Below, one piece after another: positions 30,568 through 40,807 of a DNA stretch of 64,000 nt; the stretch's first letter is position 1; each line of letters starts with the position of its first letter. Made by a program: the position numbers and the translations under genes. The notes under the pieces were generated by a model. The model made no database searches. It saw only the letters and a program-made list of their open reading frames with translations, and was not told the origin of the DNA. The stretch is from positions 24,443 to 88,442 of the IMG/VR virus record IMGVR_UViG_3300032236_001304, one strand, 5' to 3'. This DNA is from a virus.

Positions 30568-31581
30568 ATGTTTGATTTATTAGTTACAACCGGAGCAGGT
30601 AATGTTCCGATGGGTGGAAGTGATATATGGGTAAATAATTTTTTAGAAAATGTAGTACCATTTTTAAATTACGATACTGTATTATTAATTGATGGTAGAA
30701 TGCCTAATGGATTTGATCCTGATTCTATTCCGTGTCAATTTTGTTTTTCAAAAGAACAACCTCTATTAGTAGAACCGCTTTTAAGAAATTGTAGAAGAAT
30801 ACATTTTTTACATAACAATTATTATCGTAGAGATGAATTATGGGAATATAAACATAAATTTCATACAATATTTTGTCACGCTTACATCAAAGAAATTATA
30901 AACACTAATGTAGATTTAGGATTAGATAGAGTATACTTACCTACTACAATGGATTTACAATGGGAACAGGATGTAATGAATCAATGTAAACAAATTGTTT
31001 GGATTGGGTGTAATGATGGTTTGGTACAAAAAGATTTTAAAAATAAAACAATACAAATACCAAATTATTATGAGTTTCAAATCCGTAATGAATATAATTG
31101 GAATACAGATAAAATAGGATATGCAGCACGTAGTGAGACAAGAAAGTGTTTTCATTTTTTAGATAAACATAAAGGATACGTTTGTACAGACTGGATGGGA
31201 TATGAAAATTTAAAAGAAGGATTAAATTTAGATTTGAAAAAGGTAAGATTTTATCCATATAATTTGGATAATCACAAAAATTTCTTTAACTTAGACTTTA
31301 CGATATTTCACGGTTGTTATGTAAACGAACCTTTTGGTTATTCTATATTTAACGCAGTAGATTATGGTAAGCTTCCAATACTAAACAAATATTGGATGCC
31401 AAGAATACCATACAAATATAGAGCATCAACAAAAGAAGAATTTAATAAAATGTATGAAATAATGTGTAATGATTTTGAAGTTGAAAGACAATATCAATTC
31501 AAACTATTAAAAGAAGCATTATCTATATATGATAATAAAAATGAATGGATAATGAAAATAGTTAATCTGTTAAATAAATGA
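30568..31581 (+). CDS. Glycosyltransferase, GT-B fold (GT4-like)
   Basis: N-terminal GG (MGGSDIW), YAAR-x-E-x-RK and EPFGYSIFNA-x-x-x-G-x-LP, a variant of the GT4 E-x-FG...EA motif. Confidence 0.7.
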   Translation: MFDLLVTTGAGNVPMGGSDIWVNNFLENVVPFLNYDTVLLIDGRMPNGFDPDSIPCQFCFSKEQPLLVEPLLRNCRRIHFLHNNYYRRDELWEYKHKFHTIFCHAYIKEIINTNVDLGLDRVYLPTTMDLQWEQDVMNQCKQIVWIGCNDGLVQKDFKNKTIQIPNYYEFQIRNEYNWNTDKIGYAARSETRKCFHFLDKHKGYVCTDWMGYENLKEGLNLDLKKVRFYPYNLDNHKNFFNLDFTIFHGCYVNEPFGYSIFNAVDYGKLPILNKYWMPRIPYKYRASTKEEFNKMYEIMCNDFEVERQYQFKLLKEALSIYDNKNEWIMKIVNLLNK

Positions 31582-32315
31582 AAAAAAAATTATTAGTTGT
31601 AGGATGTTCATATTCCGCAAAAGCAAAACATAATGAATATATTGTATGGTCGGATTTTTTAGAACAGGATTTAGATATAGAAATAGATAATTTTGCAGAA
31701 CATGGAGCTAGTAATATTTTAATACGAAGAATATTACAAACAAAATTAGCAGAAAAAAAATATGATTATGTAATTGTTCAATGGAGTACAATTGATAGAT
31801 GGGATTATCCTAAAACAACATATCCAACGTACCACCCATTTGGTTCAGATACATCGGCATCAGGATATAAAGATGCTTTTTATATGCACTATTATAATAG
31901 TTATGGAGCAATTATGGATACATTAGATAATATTATTTTAGCACAATATATGTTAGAAAAATACAATACACCATATACAATGATTTCAATGGGTAATTTA
32001 TTTGAAATGGAAGCTTCAATAGAAGCAATTAAAATATTATTAACCAATAAAGGAGATTATACTACAATTAAAACTAATAATATTTTAAATAATACACCCA
32101 ATAATTCAGATTATGATAATATTAGTTCAGTATTAAAACTTATAGATTTTTCTAAATTTAATTTTACAACAATTCCAAATAATTATTTTGGTGGAGGAAT
32201 GATTGAATTTTTATTAGAAAAAGGAGATGCACCACAATTTAAATTTCATTATAATACTGAACAACATAAAATTTTTTCGGATGAATTTATAAAACCAATT
32301 TTACAAAAAATATAA
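31578..32315 (+). CDS. SGNH/GDSL-like protein (paralog 1)
   Basis: VVGCSYS block I, GASN, VQWS-x-x-x-R, C-terminal HY. Confidence 0.6.
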   Translation: MKKKLLVVGCSYSAKAKHNEYIVWSDFLEQDLDIEIDNFAEHGASNILIRRILQTKLAEKKYDYVIVQWSTIDRWDYPKTTYPTYHPFGSDTSASGYKDAFYMHYYNSYGAIMDTLDNIILAQYMLEKYNTPYTMISMGNLFEMEASIEAIKILLTNKGDYTTIKTNNILNNTPNNSDYDNISSVLKLIDFSKFNFTTIPNNYFGGGMIEFLLEKGDAPQFKFHYNTEQHKIFSDEFIKPILQKI

Positions 32316-32322
32316 TATAAAA

Positions 32323-33159
32323 ATGGAAGAAAATAAATTATATATAATAACCGGTGGGGATTCGTTTAGTACGAATACACAAAATATGGATAATATGCAT
32401 TCATTGAGAGCATTATTAACATCAACAAATATAAACTATTTTAATCATTTAGAATATGATTATAGATCAAATGGAATTAATGCAGAATTTTTTAATTTAG
32501 GTTACCCATCGGCAGGAAATCATTATATTTTAGATACCGTAAAAGATAAAGTTAATGAATTATTATCAAATGGAATTGAAGCAAAGAATATTATAGTTTT
32601 TACTCAATTTACATATTTTATGAGAAATTTAGAATCATTAGATACTGAAAAAATTATAAAAAAAGAACATATTGCAGATTATTATCAATTACACCAAATA
32701 AATTATTCAAAAGATGAAATATATAATATTGTATATAAACATTTAACTGATATACTTGATTTTGGTAAATGGTTAGATGAGAAAAAAGATATTAAATTCA
32801 AATTCTTTTTTCCACATGATGTATTTAATGTTAAAAATAATATATTACAATTATTATTAAATAGAAATGAAAAAATAAAACAAAAAATATTAGAATTAAA
32901 ACCATATTTTTTGTATAATGATCCAAATACATTAGCGGGAATATACGAAAATTATATCAAAAGTAATCATGATAATATATGGTCAGCATATGTATCTAAT
33001 ACCGATTTACATTATAATTCAATTGTATATTATTATTGGTATATAGAAAAAATAAAACCATTTATATTTCCACAAGAAAATGTTAAACATATAATAGAAG
33101 AAGAAGAATTAGAACAACAAAAAGAAGAACTTAAAAGAATTTTTTTAAAAAAATTATAA
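32323..33159 (+). CDS. SGNH/GDSL-like protein (paralog 2)
   Basis: GGDSFS, NLG-x-x-SAGN, QFT-x-x-x-R, DLHY. Confidence 0.6.
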   Translation: MEENKLYIITGGDSFSTNTQNMDNMHSLRALLTSTNINYFNHLEYDYRSNGINAEFFNLGYPSAGNHYILDTVKDKVNELLSNGIEAKNIIVFTQFTYFMRNLESLDTEKIIKKEHIADYYQLHQINYSKDEIYNIVYKHLTDILDFGKWLDEKKDIKFKFFFPHDVFNVKNNILQLLLNRNEKIKQKILELKPYFLYNDPNTLAGIYENYIKSNHDNIWSAYVSNTDLHYNSIVYYYWYIEKIKPFIFPQENVKHIIEEEELEQQKEELKRIFLKKL

Positions 33160-33915
33160 ATGATAACAAATAAAGATTACATTAAAGAATTTATTTCTAA
33201 TAATCAAGAAATAGATGATTACGGAGACCAGGTTTTATTAAGTGTTCCATATCGATGGTCACACGGTGCTACAGATGACCATTTAGGTGACGGTTTAATT
33301 ATATATTCACTTATTCAATATATGAGAGCAAAGGTATGTGTTTGTTTAGGAAGTGGTGGCGGATTTATACCAAGAATTATGACACAGGCTAGATATGATT
33401 TATGGAATCAAAATATATTTGAAGGTAATGGTGATTTTAATCATGGTGATATTGGATGTACTTATATTGTAGATGCTGCAAATGGAATCGGTGGTAATGT
33501 AAATTGGTTAAAAGAAGAATCATTCTTTAGAAGAACATTTTGGCCTAGAATTATAAACGATACAACCGCAAATGCATTTCATAATTACTTTGTATTGAAT
33601 GATATTAAGATAGATTATTTACATATTGATGCAGGGCATAGTTATGAAAATGTAAAAGAAGATTTTGATTTATACTCTCAATTGATGAGTGAAAATGGAA
33701 TCATTTCTATACATGATACTGACCCTAATTATGCAGATAAATACATAGTGACAAATGAAGTTAAAGATAGGGGTGATTTTGATGATTGGAATGGACCAAT
33801 TCAATTAGCAAAAGAAATAGATACTACAAAATGGGAGGTATTTAATTTATTTAATTTTGGTATATTAAAAAATAAACCAGCATCAACTGGATTAACATTG
33901 GTAAGAAAAAAATGA
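33160..33915 (+). CDS. Class I SAM-dependent methyltransferase (Methyltransf_24-like)
   Basis: LGSGGG motif I, IDYLHIDAGHSYENVKEDF and GIISIHD. Confidence 0.85.
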   Translation: MITNKDYIKEFISNNQEIDDYGDQVLLSVPYRWSHGATDDHLGDGLIIYSLIQYMRAKVCVCLGSGGGFIPRIMTQARYDLWNQNIFEGNGDFNHGDIGCTYIVDAANGIGGNVNWLKEESFFRRTFWPRIINDTTANAFHNYFVLNDIKIDYLHIDAGHSYENVKEDFDLYSQLMSENGIISIHDTDPNYADKYIVTNEVKDRGDFDDWNGPIQLAKEIDTTKWEVFNLFNFGILKNKPASTGLTLVRKK

Positions 33916-34760
33916 TAAGATTAGTTACAGTAACAGGTAGTAGAACAAACACATTAAAACATATGTTAAATCACTATAAAAATATGGTGGATGAAATGTA
34001 TGTTGTTGTATATGAATGGGATGGATTTAGTACATATGATGAAGTAGAAAAAATTGTAAAAGAATTTCCAACTGCACAAATTATAAAAAGAACAACTAAA
34101 GAAAAGTTTAATTGGGAATATGTAACTTACTTATATAATCAAACTAAAATGTTATTTCCTAACGATTGGTGGATTATTTCGGATGATGATGAATTTCAAG
34201 TGTATTCAAAAGTAATTTCAGATATTATAAAAATATGTGATGAAAGTGGATATGAATTTGTAACCGGCGGATTTGTAGATAGAATAGGTAAGAACGGTAC
34301 ATTTGCTGAAATAAAAGAAGATTCTAATCTATGGGAGTTATTTCCAATGGTGGGATTTTTTAGATATCCTTTAAGTGGAGCATGTCCTAATAAAGTAACG
34401 ATGTGTAAAGGATATATAGAACTTACTCCTGGTCAACATTATGCAAAAATAGATGGACAAACCACTTGGAAATGGCAAGGATGGAATCATCCACTAAGAT
34501 TTCCAACAACTCAAAACTTTACACAAGTACATCATTTTAAATGGGATAGTACAGTCTTAGATAGATTACAGGATGTTGCAAATGTTGGGCAAGTATATTC
34601 TTACTCAAAAGAATATCAAGAAATGTACGATGCTATAAAACTAAATAATTTTAAAATTGATATTTATGATGAGAGATTTTTAATGGAAGAAGTTAAAACA
34701 CCAACATATTGGTCATACAAAAATTGGAACAAACTTTCTAAAATAATACTCTCCATTTAA
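33912..34760 (+). CDS. Glycosyltransferase, GT-A fold (GT2-like)
   Basis: LKHMLNHY, WWIISDDDEF (DxD), GGFVDR, GQH, HHFKW. Confidence 0.7.
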   Translation: MIRLVTVTGSRTNTLKHMLNHYKNMVDEMYVVVYEWDGFSTYDEVEKIVKEFPTAQIIKRTTKEKFNWEYVTYLYNQTKMLFPNDWWIISDDDEFQVYSKVISDIIKICDESGYEFVTGGFVDRIGKNGTFAEIKEDSNLWELFPMVGFFRYPLSGACPNKVTMCKGYIELTPGQHYAKIDGQTTWKWQGWNHPLRFPTTQNFTQVHHFKWDSTVLDRLQDVANVGQVYSYSKEYQEMYDAIKLNNFKIDIYDERFLMEEVKTPTYWSYKNWNKLSKIILSI

Positions 34761-34792
34761 TTTGGTTTTTTAAATAAAATTTGTTACATTTA
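34761..34792 (+). promoter_or_regulatory. Bacteroidota-type promoter (one mismatch)
   Basis: TTTG 34761-34764, 20-nt spacer, TACATTTA 34785-34792, then ATG at 34796; same geometry and AATTTGGT context as the primase promoter. Confidence 0.6.
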
Positions 34793-34795
34793 AGT

Positions 34796-36277
34796 ATGGT
34801 TAATCATAAATTAGCAATCATTGTACCATATAGAGATAGACGTGATCATTTAGATACGTTTATTCCACATATGAAGGAATTTCTTAAAGATAAAGGAATT
34901 GCTTACAAAATATTTGTCATTGAACAATCTGATGATAAACCTTTTAATTATGGAAAACTTTGTAATGCAGCATTTAGTTTAATAAAAGATGATTTTGATT
35001 ATTTTTGTTTTCATGATGTAGACCAATTACCAATTAATGATAGTTGTGATTATTCATATAAAGAATATCCAGTACATTTAGCAACTAGAGCTTCTGCACA
35101 TAATGATAGATTACCTTACTTACAATATTTTGGTGGTGCAGTTATTTTTACTAAAGAAGATTTTGAAAAAATTAATGGTTATTCAAATGAATACTATGGA
35201 TGGGGATATGGTGATATAGATTTAATATTTAGATGTTCTCAAAAAGAATTAGATGTAGATTATGTGTATGCATATCCAAAAGTAAATAGTGAATATGAAA
35301 TTGGTGAAATGGAAGAAACGGATTCATTAAAATCAGAAAAAATACATTCAATAAAATTTGATGGAGAAACATTTTTAGAAATTAAACCAAACAAATTTTT
35401 AAAAAGTTTAACATCAGATAGTTTTACCGTTTCAATGTGGATTAAACCAGAAGATAATTTATTGAAACAACAATACATTTTAAGTTGGCCGGGATTTAAT
35501 TCAGGTGTATCATTAAATTTAGATAATCAATTAATTTTCAATTTTTGGAACTCACAAAAAATTTATTATTACAATTATAAAAAAATTAAACCAAACGAAT
35601 GGAATCATTTAATTGTTAATGTAAACTTCGATGATAATAAATTAAAAATGTGGTTAAATGGAATTGAATTACAACCAAACAAAGATGCATCGGTTAATTT
35701 TAAAACACCATTATTTGATTATTCGGAATCAAACATTTATATAGGATGTGGTTCAATTAATAAAGAATTTTATACAGGTGAATTAAGTAATCTTTATATG
35801 TTTGATTATACTTTAACACCAGGTGAAATAGAAAAATTATATTTGAATGGATTATATTTAAACAAATTTTTACAAACAAAATTTGAACCTGTGGTAAGAT
35901 ATGAATTTGATAACTTTTATAAACAATATTTTATAGATAAAAGCAAAACCCATAATCACGCTAAAGTATTTGGAAAAGCAGGAACAGATTATTTAAAATT
36001 AGTATCAGAAGTAACAATAGAAAAAGTATCAGAAATTCCAATACCACATAGAGTAGCAGGTGAATATCAATCATTAGAGCACGATGGTGATTTAGATATC
36101 AAAGATAAGTTTAATGGATTTGATCCTGATACATTAGAAAATAAAAAGATTTTCTTTGATGATATATTTTCAAAAAGATTTTCTACGGATAAAATAGGAT
36201 TGAGTTCTCTTAAATTTAAATTAATTGAAAATGAAGAATTTGATAATAAAACAAATTGGATTAAAGTAATATTATAA
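34796..36277 (+). CDS. GT7 (beta-1,4-galactosyltransferase-like) glycosyltransferase with inserted LamG domain, paralog 1
   Basis: IVPYRDR, EQ...FNYGKLCN, FHDVD, YFGG, INGYSNEYYGWGYGDID, then LamG (FTVSMWIKP...WNHL...YIG...GEL), then the GT7 tail. Start moved to ATG 34796 because the longer TTG start overlaps the promoter. Confidence 0.88.
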   Translation: MVNHKLAIIVPYRDRRDHLDTFIPHMKEFLKDKGIAYKIFVIEQSDDKPFNYGKLCNAAFSLIKDDFDYFCFHDVDQLPINDSCDYSYKEYPVHLATRASAHNDRLPYLQYFGGAVIFTKEDFEKINGYSNEYYGWGYGDIDLIFRCSQKELDVDYVYAYPKVNSEYEIGEMEETDSLKSEKIHSIKFDGETFLEIKPNKFLKSLTSDSFTVSMWIKPEDNLLKQQYILSWPGFNSGVSLNLDNQLIFNFWNSQKIYYYNYKKIKPNEWNHLIVNVNFDDNKLKMWLNGIELQPNKDASVNFKTPLFDYSESNIYIGCGSINKEFYTGELSNLYMFDYTLTPGEIEKLYLNGLYLNKFLQTKFEPVVRYEFDNFYKQYFIDKSKTHNHAKVFGKAGTDYLKLVSEVTIEKVSEIPIPHRVAGEYQSLEHDGDLDIKDKFNGFDPDTLENKKIFFDDIFSKRFSTDKIGLSSLKFKLIENEEFDNKTNWIKVIL

Positions 36278-36287
36278 AATAAAGTAT

Positions 36288-36554
36288 ATGGCAAAAGAAG
36301 TAAAAACCGATAACTTAAGTATCGAAGAAAGAACAGTTTTGGCTTTAGAAAGACAAGCAAAAGCATATGAAAGAATGGCTGGTGCACAAGAAGACTTAGC
36401 TGATTGGTTTCATGGATTCGATAGAAAGACTTGGACTGAAAAGTTAGAGTGGTACTTACATGAGTTCTATCAAATTATGAAAACTAAGCAAGTAGGTGGT
36501 TCTATATCTAGACCTGATAGAGGTTATGAGAGAGAAGCAGATGAGCAAAAATAA
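36288..36554 (+). CDS. Small helical hypothetical protein
   Basis: 88-aa ORF filling the gap between GT7 paralogs 1 and 2. Confidence 0.65.
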   Translation: MAKEVKTDNLSIEERTVLALERQAKAYERMAGAQEDLADWFHGFDRKTWTEKLEWYLHEFYQIMKTKQVGGSISRPDRGYEREADEQK

Positions 36555-37962
36555 AAAACTAGCAGTTGTAGTTCCTTATAGAGATAGGAAATCACATTTA
36601 GATATTTTCATAGAATATATGGAAACCTATTTAAATGAATATGATTATTCTATTTACATCATCGAACAAAATGATGACAGACCTTTTAATAGAGGTAAAC
36701 TTCTTAACATTGGTGCAAAGGTAGCAATGAAAGAGGGATGTGATTATTTTGCGTTTCATGATGTTGATATGTTACCACAACCTGGTGTTGATTATTCCTT
36801 TGCAGATGTTCCTACACATTTATCTACCGAATTAGATGGTGATGTTCCATTTTTAGATTACTTTGGTGGAGTTACATTATTTAACGTACAGGATTTTAAA
36901 ATCATTAACGGATATTCAAATGAGTATTGGGGTTGGGGATTTGAAGATGATGACCTATTATATAGATGTATTGGTAAAGGATTATCATTAGAAACTAAAA
37001 AGATAGGATTACCAGAAAAAGAATTTTTAATTAACTATTTTAAATTTAATGGTTCATCATCTTACATTAGAATACCATACAAAAATATGAGTTCGGTATT
37101 TAGTGGTGATTTTACTATTTCAATGAAAATAAAACCGGAAGATTGTAAAATAAATCAAAACGTAGAGTTTGATGAATATTATGCAGTATCAATTCCAGGT
37201 AGAAATACAGGTATATCATACACATCATTTAAAAGATATAAATCAGAAATTTGGGATAAGGAAGGCAATTCAAACTCAATTCAATCAGATATATTAGGAG
37301 AAGTTTGGTCACATTTAGTTATGGTTAAAGTTGATGATAAATTATCATTTTACCTTAATGGTGAATTAATTGAAGAAAAGGAAATTGGATTGGAAATATT
37401 TAATTACACTACCGATTATTTTTATATTGGTGTAGGTAATCCAAATGAAGAAATAAATAAATTTTATTTTAAAGGATTAATTTCAGAATTTGCAGTTTGG
37501 AACATTGGATTAGATGATAACAATGTAAAGGAAATATATGAAAACTCGTATTATAAATCAATTCTAAATGATTATAGAAGATATAATAAATCTAAATATT
37601 TAAAATGTTATTATGATTTTAAAAACTTTAGAGATAATGTAATTCAGGATTTGAGTGGTAATAAAAATAATGGTTTTATTTATAACTGTGAAGATGGTTA
37701 TTTGATTAATAAATTTGAAACTGAAATTGTAGTTCCAACAAGAAGAGATGGAAAATTCAAAACACTTAAACATAAATCAAATTCAACAATTGGTAATAGT
37801 TGGGTTCATTATGAAACAAGAAAAAACCAAAAGAGATTTTATAATGAAATGAAAGGAAACATTGTAGATTTGAATATAGATGGGTTAAATAGTTGTAGAT
37901 ATAAATTAATAGATGAAGAACAACTTACTAACAAAACTAAATTAATTAAAGTAGAATTATAA
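36541..37962 (+). CDS. GT7 glycosyltransferase with inserted LamG domain, paralog 2
   Basis: VVPYRDR, FNRGKLLN, FHDVD, YFGG, NGYSNEYWGWGFEDDDL, LamG, DGLNS tail. Start at 36541 (MSKNKKLAVV) by alignment with the paralogs. Confidence 0.9.
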   Translation: MSKNKKLAVVVPYRDRKSHLDIFIEYMETYLNEYDYSIYIIEQNDDRPFNRGKLLNIGAKVAMKEGCDYFAFHDVDMLPQPGVDYSFADVPTHLSTELDGDVPFLDYFGGVTLFNVQDFKIINGYSNEYWGWGFEDDDLLYRCIGKGLSLETKKIGLPEKEFLINYFKFNGSSSYIRIPYKNMSSVFSGDFTISMKIKPEDCKINQNVEFDEYYAVSIPGRNTGISYTSFKRYKSEIWDKEGNSNSIQSDILGEVWSHLVMVKVDDKLSFYLNGELIEEKEIGLEIFNYTTDYFYIGVGNPNEEINKFYFKGLISEFAVWNIGLDDNNVKEIYENSYYKSILNDYRRYNKSKYLKCYYDFKNFRDNVIQDLSGNKNNGFIYNCEDGYLINKFETEIVVPTRRDGKFKTLKHKSNSTIGNSWVHYETRKNQKRFYNEMKGNIVDLNIDGLNSCRYKLIDEEQLTNKTKLIKVEL

Positions 37963-39410
37963 TGCACAAATTAGGAGTATGTGTACCATATAGAAATAGA
38001 GAAGCTCATTTAAAAGAGTTTTCACCAAGAGTTCATAAATTCTTAAAGGAGCAAGGTATTGAACATAAAATTTATTTTGCACATCAATGTGATGATAAAT
38101 TGTTCAATAGAGGTAAAATGAAAAACATTGCAGCAAAACACGCATTTGATGATGGGTGTGATTATATTGTATGGCACGATATAGATATGGTACCAGAAGA
38201 TGAGTCTTGTGATTATAGCTTCAATCCTGAGAACCCTAAACATTTAGCTGTAAGAATATCTCAAACAGATTATAACCTCAAATATGAGGAGTATTTTGGT
38301 GGTGCAGTACTATTCACAAAAGAACAAGTTGAAGCAACTAATGGTTATTCAAATGATTATTGGGATTGGGGTATGGAAGATGATGATTTATTTTGGAGAT
38401 GTGTATTGACAGGAAACGCAGAACAACATTATTTATCAGAACAATTTAAAAATCAAAAATATGGTTATTTCAATGGTAAAGATAGTTTTGTAAAAATTGA
38501 ACCTAGTAGGAGTATTAGAAATCTTTGTTCACGTTCTCATTCAGTTTCAATGTTAGTTAGAGCACATCAACAAGAAGAAAAAGTTCCTATTTATTTAATT
38601 GGTGATGAAGATAGAAGATTTTGTGAATATCCAATACTTCGTAGACCAGGACATGATTGGGGTATATCTTATAACAATAGTAGAGCATTTACTACAATGT
38701 TATGGAACAACGAAAGAAACTTTTTATACCTTTGGGCAAAAAGATACGAACAACAATGGACATGGGTTACATTGACGGTAGATGATGATAATAAAGAAAT
38801 TTCACTTTATATCAATGGAAAAAAGAGCGATGCCAGATTTGGTACAGGATTATCCTCTCCGTTGATTTACGAGGGGTTTTTAAAGAGGTATGGTACTGAA
38901 GCTTACTATTTAGGTACAACAACTTCGGTAGGTGAAAATGAGGTTAATAAGTGGTTTAAAGGTGATATTGCAAAAGTAATGATGTGGGATAGATGTTTAG
39001 ACGAAGATGAAATTTTGGATTTTCCTAACGATGCAGTATTAGAATATGATTTTGAAAACATAACGGATAATATTTTAGAAGATTTGAGTGGTAATGAAAA
39101 TAATGGTATAATTCATAATGTTGAAATTAAAGAAGAAGATATTTTGAAAGTTCACAATACTATCTTACCTTTCCGTAGAGATGGTAAGTTTGAATGTTTA
39201 CCACATCAAACGGAAGGATTGATTAGTGTAGGTGGTGTAGATAAATGGGCAAAGGGTGAAACAACTGCAAGAAATGAAAGAAGATATATTTTAGAAATGC
39301 AGCAGGGTAAGTATAATTGGAAAAATGATGGAATGAATAGTTTAGAATATGAACTAATATCAGTAGATGATATTGGTAACAATTCTGTAATAATAAATTG
39401 TAAAGCATAA
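37962..39410 (+). CDS. GT7 glycosyltransferase with inserted LamG domain, paralog 3
   Basis: CVPYRNR, FNRGKMKN, WHDID, YFGG, NGYSNDYWDWGMEDDDL, LamG, DGMNSLEY tail. Confidence 0.9.
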   Translation: MHKLGVCVPYRNREAHLKEFSPRVHKFLKEQGIEHKIYFAHQCDDKLFNRGKMKNIAAKHAFDDGCDYIVWHDIDMVPEDESCDYSFNPENPKHLAVRISQTDYNLKYEEYFGGAVLFTKEQVEATNGYSNDYWDWGMEDDDLFWRCVLTGNAEQHYLSEQFKNQKYGYFNGKDSFVKIEPSRSIRNLCSRSHSVSMLVRAHQQEEKVPIYLIGDEDRRFCEYPILRRPGHDWGISYNNSRAFTTMLWNNERNFLYLWAKRYEQQWTWVTLTVDDDNKEISLYINGKKSDARFGTGLSSPLIYEGFLKRYGTEAYYLGTTTSVGENEVNKWFKGDIAKVMMWDRCLDEDEILDFPNDAVLEYDFENITDNILEDLSGNENNGIIHNVEIKEEDILKVHNTILPFRRDGKFECLPHQTEGLISVGGVDKWAKGETTARNERRYILEMQQGKYNWKNDGMNSLEYELISVDDIGNNSVIINCKA

Positions 39411-40807
39411 TGGGACAGTACGAAAAATTTGAAAAGGTAAGAAGACAACTAAATGATGTAGGTGCAGGATTTTGTTTAGCAAAATGGATGCAGGTAACAT
39501 TACATTTACATATTGGACATAACCATAGTTGTCACCATCCACAAACACATAAAATATCAACTACGGAAATCGATAGAGATCCTTCGGCTCTACATAATAC
39601 TCGTTACAAAAAAGAACGTAGGAGAGAAATGCTAGAAGGAAAGAAACCAACTGAATGTGATTATTGTTGGGGTGTTGAGGATAATTCAAACCAATTTAGT
39701 GATAGACATTTTAAAAGTGCTGAACCATGGGCTTATCCACATTTAGATAAGATTAAAGATATGCATTGGAGAGATAATATCAATCCATCTTATGTAGAAG
39801 TTTCATTTAGTAATGCTTGTAATTTTAAATGTTCATATTGTGCACCACCATTTAGTTCAAAATGGATGGACGAAATAGAACAATATGGTGCATATCCAAC
39901 ATCTGATAAATTTAATGGATTAGACCATTTTAAACATAGTGGTAGGATACCGATTCCACAAAACGAACATAATCCATATGTAGAAGCATTTTGGGAATGG
40001 TGGCCGGAGTTATACCAAGATTTACATACATTTAGAATTACAGGTGGAGAACCTATGATGCATAAAGATACTATGAAAGTATTAGATTATATTATTGATT
40101 CACCAAATCCTAATAGAAATTTATGTTTAAGTATTAATTCTAATTTAGGAGTACCTGAAAGTTTATATCAAAAATTCAGAGAAAAATTTAAAATTATTTC
40201 TGAAAGAGAATTAGTTAAAGAATTAATTATTTTTACAAGTTGTGATGGCTATGGTGAGCAAGCTGAATATATTAGAAATGGAATGGTGTATAATCAATTG
40301 ATGGATAGAATAGATGATTTATTATTTTATATTCCAAGATTAACAATTGATATTATGAGTACCTATAATATCTTATCAGTACCTTCATACAAAAAATTAA
40401 TAAATGATGTGTATGATTTAAAAGCAAAACATACTAACGCAATTAGATATTACAAACAACCACTTTTATTAGATGCATCATATCTTCGTTTTCCAAATCA
40501 TCAATCTATTACATTATTAGACCAAAAAGAATGGGAAAGTGAGTTTTTTGAACAAGCACAACTTATGGATTTTTATGATTTAACTAGAACTGACCAAAAT
40601 ACATTTGGTTATAGTGATGTAGAAGTAGTTAAGATTAGAAGAATATATGATTATTTTATGGGTGATGTAGATGAATATGCAAGAGAACATCATAGAAAAG
40701 ATTTTTATAAATTCTTTAGTGAACATGATAAACGTAGAGGAACAGATTTTTGTAAAACATATCCTGAATTAGCAGATTTTTATCACAAATGTAAAGAAAT
40801 TAGATAA
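39410..40807 (+). CDS. Radical SAM enzyme with N-terminal twitch-like Cys cluster (paralog 1)
   Basis: CNFKCSYC (CxxxCxxC), ITGGEP, NSNL; N-terminal FC...SCHH...ECDYCW. Confidence 0.9.
   Translation: MGQYEKFEKVRRQLNDVGAGFCLAKWMQVTLHLHIGHNHSCHHPQTHKISTTEIDRDPSALHNTRYKKERRREMLEGKKPTECDYCWGVEDNSNQFSDRHFKSAEPWAYPHLDKIKDMHWRDNINPSYVEVSFSNACNFKCSYCAPPFSSKWMDEIEQYGAYPTSDKFNGLDHFKHSGRIPIPQNEHNPYVEAFWEWWPELYQDLHTFRITGGEPMMHKDTMKVLDYIIDSPNPNRNLCLSINSNLGVPESLYQKFREKFKIISERELVKELIIFTSCDGYGEQAEYIRNGMVYNQLMDRIDDLLFYIPRLTIDIMSTYNILSVPSYKKLINDVYDLKAKHTNAIRYYKQPLLLDASYLRFPNHQSITLLDQKEWESEFFEQAQLMDFYDLTRTDQNTFGYSDVEVVKIRRIYDYFMGDVDEYAREHHRKDFYKFFSEHDKRRGTDFCKTYPELADFYHKCKEIR

Noticed and set aside
34781-36540. 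ORF-track starts at 34781 and 36496
   Set aside because: Paralog alignment and promoter position favour ATG 34796 and ATG 36541.
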